Source: an uncultured Candidatus Saccharibacteria bacterium
GTDB taxonomy: Bacteria; Patescibacteriota; Minisyncoccia; Phycocordibacterales; SBAW01
Length of the DNA: 64,000 bases
Direction: 5' to 3'
Assembly (NCBI GenBank): GCA_964349675.1
Contig: CAYGHD010000001.1
Span: 2,273-66,272 of the forward strand
In this document: in pieces, positions 1-8,728 of the stretch
How the letters are laid out: the number at the start of each line of letters is the position of its first letter
Position numbering within the stretch: position 1 is the first letter of the stretch
Translations under genes and position numbers: made by a program
The notes under the pieces: model-generated
Told to the model about the DNA's origin: nothing
Seen by the model: only the letters and a program-made list of their open reading frames with translations
Database searches by the model: none

Positions 1-144
1 CAAACCAAAACGACGATAATTCTATCCAAAATCTAGCACGCTTGTGTGGCACAACCCCACTAGAGCTTTTGGTGCATATTCCGCAACACCTGCGGCGGGT
101 CATTGACAATGGTCTTTGTGGGTGATATTGTCGCCCTGTAAAGA

Positions 145-3100
145 TTGCAATTTTGTATGTCGCATCCTAGATCCACGTTGCGTGTACTCCTCTCCAGTTT
201 TTTGTTTGTGTCCGCGGCGCTGCTGCCTGGCACGGTATTTGCGCACGGGGCTAATACAAAAGTCCACCATGTTTCTCCAGCAGTGGTACAAGAGCTGCAA
301 ACGCTCACTACAGGTCTTGTTGCAGCAGATCAACCTCTCTTATCGGCAGAAGCAGCAGCTGCTCAAAATGCGCTCGGGCAACAGGTAAACATTGCAGCAA
401 GACGATCAGCGCTGATGGAGCAGGTCGCGGCAGAAGATCCGACTGTTTTTTTACAGAATGTGCTGCCCAGCTCGATTCGTGAGCAATTACCGCCCGCAGT
501 GCAACTGATAATCGAACAGCCCGTGACATTGACCGGAGTTATGGAGGTGCTTCATGTTGATGATTTTTCAAACTCTGACAATTCTCACTTCACATACCAT
601 ATGCGTGTGGGTGATGTGCGGCTAGCTTTTTATCCAGTAGGCACACCGCCCGCGATGTCATCAGGCTCTACAGCACAGGTGACCGGGTATCGCATTGGGC
701 AGAGCGTGGTGGCGGTCGGGGGTTCTGGCGGTGTAGAGGTTCTAGAGCAGGCGCTCCCTGATGCAACAGGGGTGCAACGCACCTTGGCGGTGTTGGTAAC
801 TGCCCCCGGCAAACCAATATTGCTTACTCCAGCACAAGTCAAAGCAGCAGTTTTTTCTAGAGGTTTTCAGGCTTTTTATAAAGAGCAGTCATATAACAAA
901 GTCTCCTTTACTGGAGATACGACAGAATGGATAACCGTACCCGCATATGCAACGGATATGTGCTACGGTGGCGGCAGTCTCATTACGCTTTCTCAGACAG
1001 AAATACAAAACTATTTTGTTACTAAGAATATAGATCTCTCTCAATACGGCAGAGTCGTGCTGCTTATTAATGGGCTGAGTGGCGGGTGTGCCTATGTGGG
1101 GAAGGTGGGTCAAATGGTCAACAATAAAACCTACACGCTGTCTCTTGGCTGGGTCGGCTCTCCAACTTCTGTCCCAGCGGCAGGCACTCCAGGACTGACG
1201 ATGTTCGAATACGTGCTTGCGCATGAAGTGGGCCACGAGCTTGGGGTCATGCATGCTAATGCTTGGCATTGCGCGGGCCCTTCACTCGATGTGGATTGTA
1301 CACATGCAGAGTATGGCAACGGGTACGATGTGATGGGTGGCGGATACAGCGTGTCGCACTTTAATGCGTTTTATAAAAACCTGCTTGGATGGCTTGATGA
1401 TGCGTCAAAGGTCTCTATTACTACGGCCGGCACATATACAGTAGCTCCTCTGGAGACTGCCAGCGGCCTTCGTGCCGGCATCATTACAAACCCTGGGTCG
1501 CCTACGGCACAGCCACTGTATGTGGAATATCGCCGGCCAATTGGATTTGATGCAGGGCTCGTGCCAGCGTCTATAGGGCTTTTCCTTAATCAAGTTATTG
1601 CTCCCTCAACAGCATTTCCGTTCCCGCGTCTGTTGAATGCAAACTACGCAACCACGAATATCGGCGGGCAGATGCAGCCCTTAACGCAAGGCGGGGTGTT
1701 TAGCTGGAATACGCGGGGCATTAAAATTACTGCCAATACCGTTGCTACCTCTTCAGCCACTTTTGATGTTGTGTTTACGCCTCCAATATGTACCCGCGTA
1801 GGCATTACTGCGATTAATGTCTACGCAAGCGCGCCAGTGTTGTTGGGTGGCATAGGGTACGTGCAATTTGAGGCGATAAATAATGACACTGTTGGTTGCC
1901 CATCAAGCACAATATCTATTGCTCCAAGTATCGCCCCTTCGACGGGCACAACGCTGTCTCAGTATCCGACAGGCTCAGTCACCCTTGCTCCAGGGGAATC
2001 GTCGTATTTTACGGTCTGGTTTTATACGTCACAAAGCAGCCTTGTTGGTGAAAGCGTTATCACAACAACTATCACAGACACTACTAACGCACGGACGCAC
2101 GTCTTTTCCAAAGCAGTCACTATTGTCGGTCCAAACACCCTCCCCCTGGGCTACTTTGATGCAGCAAATTGCACAACGCTCAGCGGATGGGCCTATGACC
2201 CAGATGTCGCATCGACTTCAATCAACGTGACCGTAAAAGAAGGCGACACTATCTTACTCACCACTCCCGCAAACAAACTTCGAAACGACGTCAACACCGC
2301 CCGCAACATTACCGGAAAACACGGCTTCTCCGTATCAACTCCGCTGAGCCTTAAAGACAACAAACCCCACACACTCAGCGCGTATGCAGTTGATAGTAAC
2401 GGAAAAGATGTGGCACAGCTGCAATTGAGCCCCAAGGCCATTACGTGTGGGGTAACGCCGCCAGCATCTGGGATTCTCCGCATTTCAAAAGATCCGAGCA
2501 GTCCAGCGTATCGTATTGTTTCTGGAGGAAATGAAGTGTTGTTGGGTAGCGTACACTTTAAAGCCACAAAAGAAGCTATGGCCCTGTCGCGTGTTGGAGT
2601 AACGTTGACGCAAGGCAAAATACAAGATGTAGAGCAGGTGAGTGTCTATGATGGCACAACACTGTTGGGCACTGCGCTGTTCACTACCACAAGCACGACT
2701 ACTGTTTTGTTTTCGACACTGACACATCTTCCACAAGACACAAACAAAACACTGACACTTAAAGCAACACTGGCACAGGTTGGGGGAGGCAAGCCTGGAG
2801 TGAGTGGCGACTTAGTGAAAATAGACGTAACGGCTGCTGGCACCTATGGAGTGGGCGCCTCATCAGACACGGTAGTCCCAGTGATAGGGACGACCACGTT
2901 TGCTGGTGTGCGGGTGTTTCGCAGCTATCCAACTGTTACGCTCGACCCACTTCCTGCGAACCTGACTGATACAAGACTGATGCGATTTAAAGTCACTGCT
3001 GATGCGTCGGGTGCCGTGTATCTGTACAGGGTAGGACTCTCTGTGTCTCCTGAGTTTGGGATAGTGAAAGCTGTTAATGTATTTGGTTTTACCGACTCGC

Positions 3101-3828
3101 TTTACACAAGCCCAATCCAAGGTCTCTCAGCGGGCGGCAAAATTCGCGTCAAAGATCTCTGTGCCGCTGGCTGTAGCGCGACATCAACCGTGCTCAGGTT
3201 TATTGCACAGACTGCCGCAGCTGCTCCGACGGTAATTACTATCCCCGCAGGGCAGACGCGATATTTTGAAGTACGCGGAGATCTATCTGGTACGGGCACT
3301 GGGCCGTATGGAGTTACCACAACGCTTTTGTATGACAAAGGGTACGGCGGTGTGTCCACTGCAACGGGCGTGCCCGGACATTTTATTTGGTCAGATAACG
3401 CTGTGGGCACCATAAGTTTGACCGACAAAGATTTTATGAATGGACAAGGCGTCCCAGGATTAGCGCCCTTGGGTTTGATGCAGGCTCGAGAGGTTGCTGC
3501 CTCGGGCGTCCTCCCCCTCGGCTACTTTGATGCAGCAAATTGCACAACGCTCAGCGGATGGGCCTATGACCCAGATGTCGCATCGACTTCAATCAACGTG
3601 ACCGTAAAAGAAGGCGACACTATCTTACTCACCACTCCCGCAAACAAACTTCGAAACGACGTCAACACCGCCCGCAACATTACCGGAAAACACGGCTTCT
3701 CCGTATCAACTCCGCTGAGCCTTAAAGACAACAAACCCCACACACTCAGCGCGTATGCAGTTGATAGTAACGGAAAAGATGTGGCACAGCTGCAATTGAG
3801 TCCCAAGGCCATTACGTGTGGGGCATAG
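145..3828 (+). CDS. Secreted metzincin-like zinc metalloprotease (1227 aa) with duplicated C-terminal domain
   Basis: N-terminal signal-peptide-like stretch (LLSSFLFVSAALLPGTVFA); HEVGHELGVMH fits the HExxHxxGxxH metzincin zinc motif; long Thr/Ser/Val-rich beta-like C-terminal region; the same ~104-aa domain occurs twice. Confidence 0.6.
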   Translation: MQFCMSHPRSTLRVLLSSFLFVSAALLPGTVFAHGANTKVHHVSPAVVQELQTLTTGLVAADQPLLSAEAAAAQNALGQQVNIAARRSALMEQVAAEDPTVFLQNVLPSSIREQLPPAVQLIIEQPVTLTGVMEVLHVDDFSNSDNSHFTYHMRVGDVRLAFYPVGTPPAMSSGSTAQVTGYRIGQSVVAVGGSGGVEVLEQALPDATGVQRTLAVLVTAPGKPILLTPAQVKAAVFSRGFQAFYKEQSYNKVSFTGDTTEWITVPAYATDMCYGGGSLITLSQTEIQNYFVTKNIDLSQYGRVVLLINGLSGGCAYVGKVGQMVNNKTYTLSLGWVGSPTSVPAAGTPGLTMFEYVLAHEVGHELGVMHANAWHCAGPSLDVDCTHAEYGNGYDVMGGGYSVSHFNAFYKNLLGWLDDASKVSITTAGTYTVAPLETASGLRAGIITNPGSPTAQPLYVEYRRPIGFDAGLVPASIGLFLNQVIAPSTAFPFPRLLNANYATTNIGGQMQPLTQGGVFSWNTRGIKITANTVATSSATFDVVFTPPICTRVGITAINVYASAPVLLGGIGYVQFEAINNDTVGCPSSTISIAPSIAPSTGTTLSQYPTGSVTLAPGESSYFTVWFYTSQSSLVGESVITTTITDTTNARTHVFSKAVTIVGPNTLPLGYFDAANCTTLSGWAYDPDVASTSINVTVKEGDTILLTTPANKLRNDVNTARNITGKHGFSVSTPLSLKDNKPHTLSAYAVDSNGKDVAQLQLSPKAITCGVTPPASGILRISKDPSSPAYRIVSGGNEVLLGSVHFKATKEAMALSRVGVTLTQGKIQDVEQVSVYDGTTLLGTALFTTTSTTTVLFSTLTHLPQDTNKTLTLKATLAQVGGGKPGVSGDLVKIDVTAAGTYGVGASSDTVVPVIGTTTFAGVRVFRSYPTVTLDPLPANLTDTRLMRFKVTADASGAVYLYRVGLSVSPEFGIVKAVNVFGFTDSLYTSPIQGLSAGGKIRVKDLCAAGCSATSTVLRFIAQTAAAAPTVITIPAGQTRYFEVRGDLSGTGTGPYGVTTTLLYDKGYGGVSTATGVPGHFIWSDNAVGTISLTDKDFMNGQGVPGLAPLGLMQAREVAASGVLPLGYFDAANCTTLSGWAYDPDVASTSINVTVKEGDTILLTTPANKLRNDVNTARNITGKHGFSVSTPLSLKDNKPHTLSAYAVDSNGKDVAQLQLSPKAITCGA
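2141..2452 (+). repeat. Internal direct repeat copy 1 (~312 bp) inside the metalloprotease gene
   Basis: Matches 3512..3823 at an offset of 1371 bp; only two nucleotide differences seen, both synonymous (ctg/ctc Leu, agc/agt Ser). Confidence 0.85.
3512..3823 (+). repeat. Internal direct repeat copy 2 (~312 bp), at the 3' end of the metalloprotease gene
   Basis: Near-identical to 2141..2452; the encoded peptide LPLGYFDAANCTTLSGWAYDPD...AITCG is identical in both copies. Confidence 0.85.
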
Positions 3829-3864
3829 AATGCTTTACGGGCCATGTACGTTCGTGCATGATGA

Positions 3865-5214
3865 ATGGACATGAGCGTATATCAAGAGTATTTCAAAGGC
3901 AAGCGCATCACCCTTATGGGGTTAGGGCTCCTTGGACGGGGTGTTGGGGACGCTCGCTTTTTAGCTCAGTGTGGCGCTGAGCTTTTAGTGACTGACCTTA
4001 AAACTAAAGAGCAATTGGCAGAGTCGCTCGAGCAACTCAAAGAGTTTCCACATATTACCTATCGCTTGGGCGAGCATGTGCTCGAAGATTTTCAAAATCG
4101 CGACTTGGTGCTCAAGGCGGCGGGTGTGCCGCTCAACTCGCCGCATATCGCAGAGGCAAAAAAGAATGGTATCCCCGTGCGTATGAGTGCAGATTTGTTT
4201 GTAGAGTTGTCCGGCTTGCCTACTGTGGCCATTACCGGCACACGCGGCAAGTCCACGGTGACGCATATGATTGCGCATATATTAAAAACCGCAGGCAAAG
4301 AAGTGTTGCTTGGAGGTAACGTACGTGGTGTCTCAACACTTGCCTTGTTGCCGCAGGTAACCGCCAACTCTATTGCAGTTCTGGAGCTGGACTCGTGGCA
4401 ACTGCAGGGGTTTGGCGAAGCACGCATTGCGCCGCACGTTGGTGTGTTTACCACATTTTATCCTGACCATATGAACTACTACGGCGGTAGTATGGAGCAG
4501 TACTTTGCCGACAAAGCAAATATTTTTTTGCATCAAACGGCGAGTGACACGTTGGTGCTGGGCGAGCAGGTGGCGCCTTTTGTTAAAGAATTTGGATACA
4601 CCAGTACAATACAAGCACATACCGAAGTGGTGGGTGTAAAAAATCTACCCAACGCTGTTACTTTAGGGATCCCAGGCGAACATAATCGCTACAACGCGGC
4701 GCTCGCTGCCGCAGCTGCAGAGGCGCTTGGTGTGGACGAGAAAATAATTAAAGCAGCGCTCGAGTCTTTTGAAGGGGTAGAGGGGCGGCTCCAATTCTTG
4801 AAAGAAGTTCGAGGAGTAAAAATGTACAACGATAATAATGCTACTACTCCTGACGCAACCATTGCGGCGCTTCGTGCATTTGGAGACAGTAAAAACATCG
4901 TTCTTATTATGGGCGGCTCAGATAAGGGTCTCGACATGCAACCGTTGGTCGACGAAATTCACACACGTTGTAAAAAAGTCTTTCTGCTCGACGGTGCAGG
5001 GACGCAGCGGATTAAAGACCAGATTGAAAGTGACTTGACCCTATTGTCCGGGCAAGTATATCAAGGTGTCCCTGAGGTGGTGCAAGCGGCATTTGGGGCC
5101 TGTGTGCCGGGTGATATTCTTCTTTTTTCTCCAGCGTTCGCCTCGTTTGGTATGTTTAAAAACGAATACGATCGCAACGACCAATTTGTGGCGGCGGTGG
5201 CGAGTTTAGCATAG
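3865..5214 (+). CDS. murD: UDP-N-acetylmuramoylalanine--D-glutamate ligase
   Basis: N-terminal Rossmann-like GLGLLGRGVGDARFL; Mur ligase P-loop GTRGKSTVTHMIAHIL; typical length of 449 aa; adjacent to murC. Confidence 0.85.
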   Translation: MDMSVYQEYFKGKRITLMGLGLLGRGVGDARFLAQCGAELLVTDLKTKEQLAESLEQLKEFPHITYRLGEHVLEDFQNRDLVLKAAGVPLNSPHIAEAKKNGIPVRMSADLFVELSGLPTVAITGTRGKSTVTHMIAHILKTAGKEVLLGGNVRGVSTLALLPQVTANSIAVLELDSWQLQGFGEARIAPHVGVFTTFYPDHMNYYGGSMEQYFADKANIFLHQTASDTLVLGEQVAPFVKEFGYTSTIQAHTEVVGVKNLPNAVTLGIPGEHNRYNAALAAAAAEALGVDEKIIKAALESFEGVEGRLQFLKEVRGVKMYNDNNATTPDATIAALRAFGDSKNIVLIMGGSDKGLDMQPLVDEIHTRCKKVFLLDGAGTQRIKDQIESDLTLLSGQVYQGVPEVVQAAFGACVPGDILLFSPAFASFGMFKNEYDRNDQFVAAVASLA

Positions 5215-5218
5215 ACTG

Positions 5219-6445
5219 ATGCGTATGAAGGGTCAAAAAATACACATGATAGGCATCGGCGGCATTGGGATGTCGGCTTTGGCCCAGCTCTATGCGCACG
5301 AGGGAGCAGTGGTCACCGGCTCGGACCGCAGTGAGCAGCCTACAACCCAGATGCTCGAGAAAAAAGGCATCACCGTTTTTATTGGGAATCACGCTGATAA
5401 TGTGCCTACTGACGCCGTGCTGCTTGTCTATAGCGCGGCGGTACCCAGCGAAAACGCTGAGCGTGTCCGCGGGCATGAGTTGCATATCCCTGAAATGAAC
5501 TACCCCGAAGCCTTGGGACAAGCGACAAAAGGTAAACGATTGATCGCCGTGGTTGGTACGCACGGCAAAACAACAACAACCGCGATGATAGGCAAGATGC
5601 TCGAAGATGCAGGGAAAGACCCAACGGTTGTGGTGGGGAGTGTGGTGCCAGAGTGGCATAGTAACTTCCGCAGCGGTTCCTCTGATATTTTTGTTGTTGA
5701 AGCGTGTGAGTACCGCAAACATTTTTTAGCATTCCACCCAGAGGTGCTTGTGGTGACAAATATCGAATGGGATCATACCGACTTTTACAAAACTGAAACA
5801 GAGTTTATCGCAGCCTTCGACGAAGTAAAATCACAAGCAGGGCGAGTGATAGACGCGTCTGTGTACCAAGCTACTTCAGTGCCAGAGCTGCTGTTGCCAG
5901 GCAGCTTCAATCAAGATAACGCCCGCGCAGCAAAAGCAGGAGTCATGGCGCTGTGTCCGGACATAGATGAAGCAGTGCTTGATGAGTCACTCAAAAGTTT
6001 TAAAGGAACGTGGCGGCGGTTTGAGTACAAAGGCAAAACGACTGGAGGTGCAGATGTGTACGACGACTACGCACACCACCCAACGTCAGTAGCAAAAACA
6101 ATAGAAGCTGCGCGCGAGAAATTCTCTGGAAAAAACATAGTGGTATTTTTCCATCCACACCTGTACAGCCGCACTCGCGACCTGTTTGACGGATTTGTAG
6201 AGGCGCTTACAACGGCAGACCAAGTGTACGTGTTGCCGGTATTTGCTGCTCGCGAGCCGCACGACGCATCAGTCTCCAACGAGGCATTAGCGCAGGCGAT
6301 ACAAAAAAACGGTGGCAAAGCAGAGGCTGTAGATACCATGGAAGAAGTGACAGAGAAAATCAAATCTTTTAACGCCGGGGCGCTGGTGTTTACTATGGGC
6401 GCGGGCGATGTGTACAAAGCTGGAGAGCGGGCACTTGCAAAATAA
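5219..6445 (+). CDS. murC: UDP-N-acetylmuramate--L-alanine ligase
   Basis: IHMIGIGGIGMSALAQL N-terminus typical of MurC; Mur ligase P-loop GTHGKTTTTAMIGKML; 408 aa. Confidence 0.85.
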   Translation: MRMKGQKIHMIGIGGIGMSALAQLYAHEGAVVTGSDRSEQPTTQMLEKKGITVFIGNHADNVPTDAVLLVYSAAVPSENAERVRGHELHIPEMNYPEALGQATKGKRLIAVVGTHGKTTTTAMIGKMLEDAGKDPTVVVGSVVPEWHSNFRSGSSDIFVVEACEYRKHFLAFHPEVLVVTNIEWDHTDFYKTETEFIAAFDEVKSQAGRVIDASVYQATSVPELLLPGSFNQDNARAAKAGVMALCPDIDEAVLDESLKSFKGTWRRFEYKGKTTGGADVYDDYAHHPTSVAKTIEAAREKFSGKNIVVFFHPHLYSRTRDLFDGFVEALTTADQVYVLPVFAAREPHDASVSNEALAQAIQKNGGKAEAVDTMEEVTEKIKSFNAGALVFTMGAGDVYKAGERALAK

Positions 6446-6446
6446 T

Positions 6447-7157
6447 ATGACAGACAAATCCCCCAGACAGACTCAAAGCAAACTCTCCGTCGTGGCAACT
6501 CCCATTGGCAACTTGGAAGACGTGACTTTGCGCGCATTGCGCATACTTAAAGAGGCAGACGTCATAGCGTGCGAGGATACCCGCACCTCAAAAAAATTAC
6601 TTTCGCATTATGACATTCATACGCCTTTGACGTCTTTCCATACCCACAGTGGTGAAAGAGGCTTTGCAAAAATCCTCGCTCTTTTGGAAGATGGTAAACA
6701 TGTGGCGCTTGTGTGCGATGCGGGCACGCCTGGAGTATCTGACCCGGGGCTTGAATTGGTGTCGGTGGTGCGCGAGCGGTTGCCTGAGGTAATTGTCGAG
6801 GCAATACCAGGGGCCTCGGCGCTGACAGCGGCGCTTTCTATTGCGGGTTTACGCGCAGCGTCCTTTACTTTTTACGGATTTTTGCCGCTTAAAAAGGGCC
6901 GCGAGACTTTATTTAAAGAAATTGCGGCAAATGAGCGGGCGAGTATTTTTTATGAATCTCCGCATCGTATACTTAAAACACTGGAGTCGCTCAAAAAAGC
7001 ATTGTCAGACAATAGGCGGGTTGGTTTGTTTCGCGAGCTGACCAAAATGCATGAAGAGGCTATCGTCGGCCGACCCGACGAGCTCCTTGCGGTGCTAGGT
7101 GCTGACACAAACAAACAGCGTGGCGAATTTGTGGTGATTGTTGAGACGTTGTCCTAA
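6447..7157 (+). CDS. rsmI: 16S rRNA (cytidine1402-2'-O)-methyltransferase, tetrapyrrole-methylase fold
   Basis: LSVVATPIGNLEDVTLRALRILKEADVIACEDTRTSKKLL is the RsmI signature; the start is placed at ATG 6447, directly after the murC stop (the ORF-track start at 6408 lies inside murC). Confidence 0.8.
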   Translation: MTDKSPRQTQSKLSVVATPIGNLEDVTLRALRILKEADVIACEDTRTSKKLLSHYDIHTPLTSFHTHSGERGFAKILALLEDGKHVALVCDAGTPGVSDPGLELVSVVRERLPEVIVEAIPGASALTAALSIAGLRAASFTFYGFLPLKKGRETLFKEIAANERASIFYESPHRILKTLESLKKALSDNRRVGLFRELTKMHEEAIVGRPDELLAVLGADTNKQRGEFVVIVETLS

Positions 7158-7166
7158 AGCGCTTCT

Positions 7167-7415
7167 TTGCTATACTTAACTCATATGTCAAAAGAGATGA
7201 GTGTTATTGTGCTCGGCGTTCTTGTCATGCTAATTCCGTATCTTGGAATCCCCGGTTCATGGCGAACACTATTGTTAGTGGTTGTGGGTGTCGCGGTAAC
7301 CATACTCGGATTTTTGCTCCGTGGTGAAACAATCTCTCAAGGTACAAGAAAGACGGAGCATCTCCCTTTTGTTGATAGTGCAGGCAATCCTCTCGGAAAG
7401 AGCGATGAACTCTAA
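7167..7415 (+). CDS. Small hydrophobic protein (82 aa, 2 predicted TM helices)
   Basis: ORF with two hydrophobic stretches; overlaps the start of the next gene by 11 bp; no recognisable family. Confidence 0.3.
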   Translation: MLYLTHMSKEMSVIVLGVLVMLIPYLGIPGSWRTLLLVVVGVAVTILGFLLRGETISQGTRKTEHLPFVDSAGNPLGKSDEL

Positions 7416-8688
7416 ACAGCACAACACCCCCGCGTCCACACTTCTGCATATCGGGTTGGTGACTGTTGCGCTGTGCGTCTCTTTGGGGGTGGGGGCGTAT
7501 GTGTTGCTTCGAGGCGACACCGTGTCCCATGCGCAACCGGTTGTGGTTGAAACAATGGCTGCAGTGGCTCCAAAACCCTCTGTAGCGTATGTACAAACTC
7601 CTGCAGCAGTAAAAGCTATCTACATGTCCCAATGCGTGGTTGGAACGCCGACGTTTAGAGATGAGCTTGTTGCATTTATTGATGACAGTGAGCTTAACGC
7701 GGTGGTTATTGATATTCAAGATTACACAGGAAAGATCGCATTTCCAACGGATAATCCGCTTTTGCATGATGCAGTGTCACAAAAATGCGGAGCCGACGAT
7801 ATGAAGGACTTTATTGCCACGCTGCATGAAAAAGGGATTTACGTGATTGGGCGTATCACTGTGTTTCAAAACCCTTACTATGCGAGCGTGCATCCAGAGC
7901 AAGCAGTACAGAAAAAAAGTGGCGGCGTATGGAAAGACTTTAACGGTCTTGCGTTTGTTGATGTTGGCGCAAAAGCATATTGGGACTATGTAGTCGAGCT
8001 GGGTCGAGTGTCGCACGAACTTGGATTTGATGAGTTGAACTTTGATTATGTGCGCTACCCTTCAGACGGGCCAATGTCTGAGGCAGTGTATACGCATAGT
8101 CTAGGAAAGAGTAAAGCACAGATGCTCGAAGATTTTTTTGCGTACCTGACAGGGCGCTTGCGGCTGCAAGAAACTCCAGATGCCCCAGTGCCTACTCTCT
8201 CTGCTGACGTGTTTGGGATGGTTGCAACCAACACAGATGATGTTGGTATTGGCCAAGTACTTGAAAGAACGTTGCCATATTTTGACTATGTCTCACCGAT
8301 GATATATCCATCGCACTACCACACGGGGTTCCATGGATATGATGACGTTAATGCACATGCCTATGACATTGTGAAGTATGCGATGCAGACAGCGGTAGCG
8401 CGTACGGTTGCCACCACAACCCGGGTGGCAACAAACAATGGGGTCAAGGTGACATCCCCTGTCCCTGCAGCGCAAGAAGTTTTGGATAGGGCGCCGCTCT
8501 ATGTAAAGGAATCGTACGTTGCGTCAAAGATCCGCCCATGGCTCCAAAGTTTTGATTACCCGGTCGCCTATACTCCGGATATGGTGCGGGCACAGATCAA
8601 AGCAACACAAGAAGCCGGTGTCGAATCCTATTTGTTTTGGGATGCTGCCAACAAATATACGTCGTTGCGTAAGGTGCTGTTGCCATAA
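7405..8688 (+). CDS. Membrane-anchored putative glycoside hydrolase (DUF4015/COG1306-like TIM barrel)
   Basis: N-terminal TM anchor (LLHIGLVTVALCVSLGVGAYVLL); motifs NAVVIDIQDYTGKIAFP and ELNFDYVRYPSDG recalled as characteristic of the DUF4015 putative glycosyl-hydrolase family; start chosen at internal ATG 7405. Confidence 0.5.
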   Translation: MNSKQHNTPASTLLHIGLVTVALCVSLGVGAYVLLRGDTVSHAQPVVVETMAAVAPKPSVAYVQTPAAVKAIYMSQCVVGTPTFRDELVAFIDDSELNAVVIDIQDYTGKIAFPTDNPLLHDAVSQKCGADDMKDFIATLHEKGIYVIGRITVFQNPYYASVHPEQAVQKKSGGVWKDFNGLAFVDVGAKAYWDYVVELGRVSHELGFDELNFDYVRYPSDGPMSEAVYTHSLGKSKAQMLEDFFAYLTGRLRLQETPDAPVPTLSADVFGMVATNTDDVGIGQVLERTLPYFDYVSPMIYPSHYHTGFHGYDDVNAHAYDIVKYAMQTAVARTVATTTRVATNNGVKVTSPVPAAQEVLDRAPLYVKESYVASKIRPWLQSFDYPVAYTPDMVRAQIKATQEAGVESYLFWDAANKYTSLRKVLLP

Positions 8689-8728
8689 TGCCAAGTCTTG
8701 AGAGGTTGGTGAGTGGTATACTTTTAGT

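Noticed and set aside
103-129. Sigma70-like promoter for the protease gene (TTGACA at 103..108, gatatt near 124..129)
   Set aside because: Spacer is 14-15 nt and the -10 is weak; only ~15 nt of leader before ATG 145 with no Shine-Dalgarno. Too uncertain to report as a feature.
308-1593. Multiple short minus-strand ORFs (308..529, 630..842, 889..1269, 1131..1319, 1405..1593) inside the protease gene
   Set aside because: Embedded antisense to a long, motif-bearing + strand CDS; no coding features.
2193-3872. Minus-strand ORFs 2193..2618 and 3564..3872 with identical 100-aa stretches
   Set aside because: They are antisense shadows of the two repeat copies inside the + strand protease gene; their identity simply mirrors the repeat.
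6408-6446. Upstream extension of rsmI starting at ATG 6408
   Set aside because: Lies entirely within the murC coding sequence; ATG 6447 immediately after the murC stop gives a canonical RsmI N-terminus.
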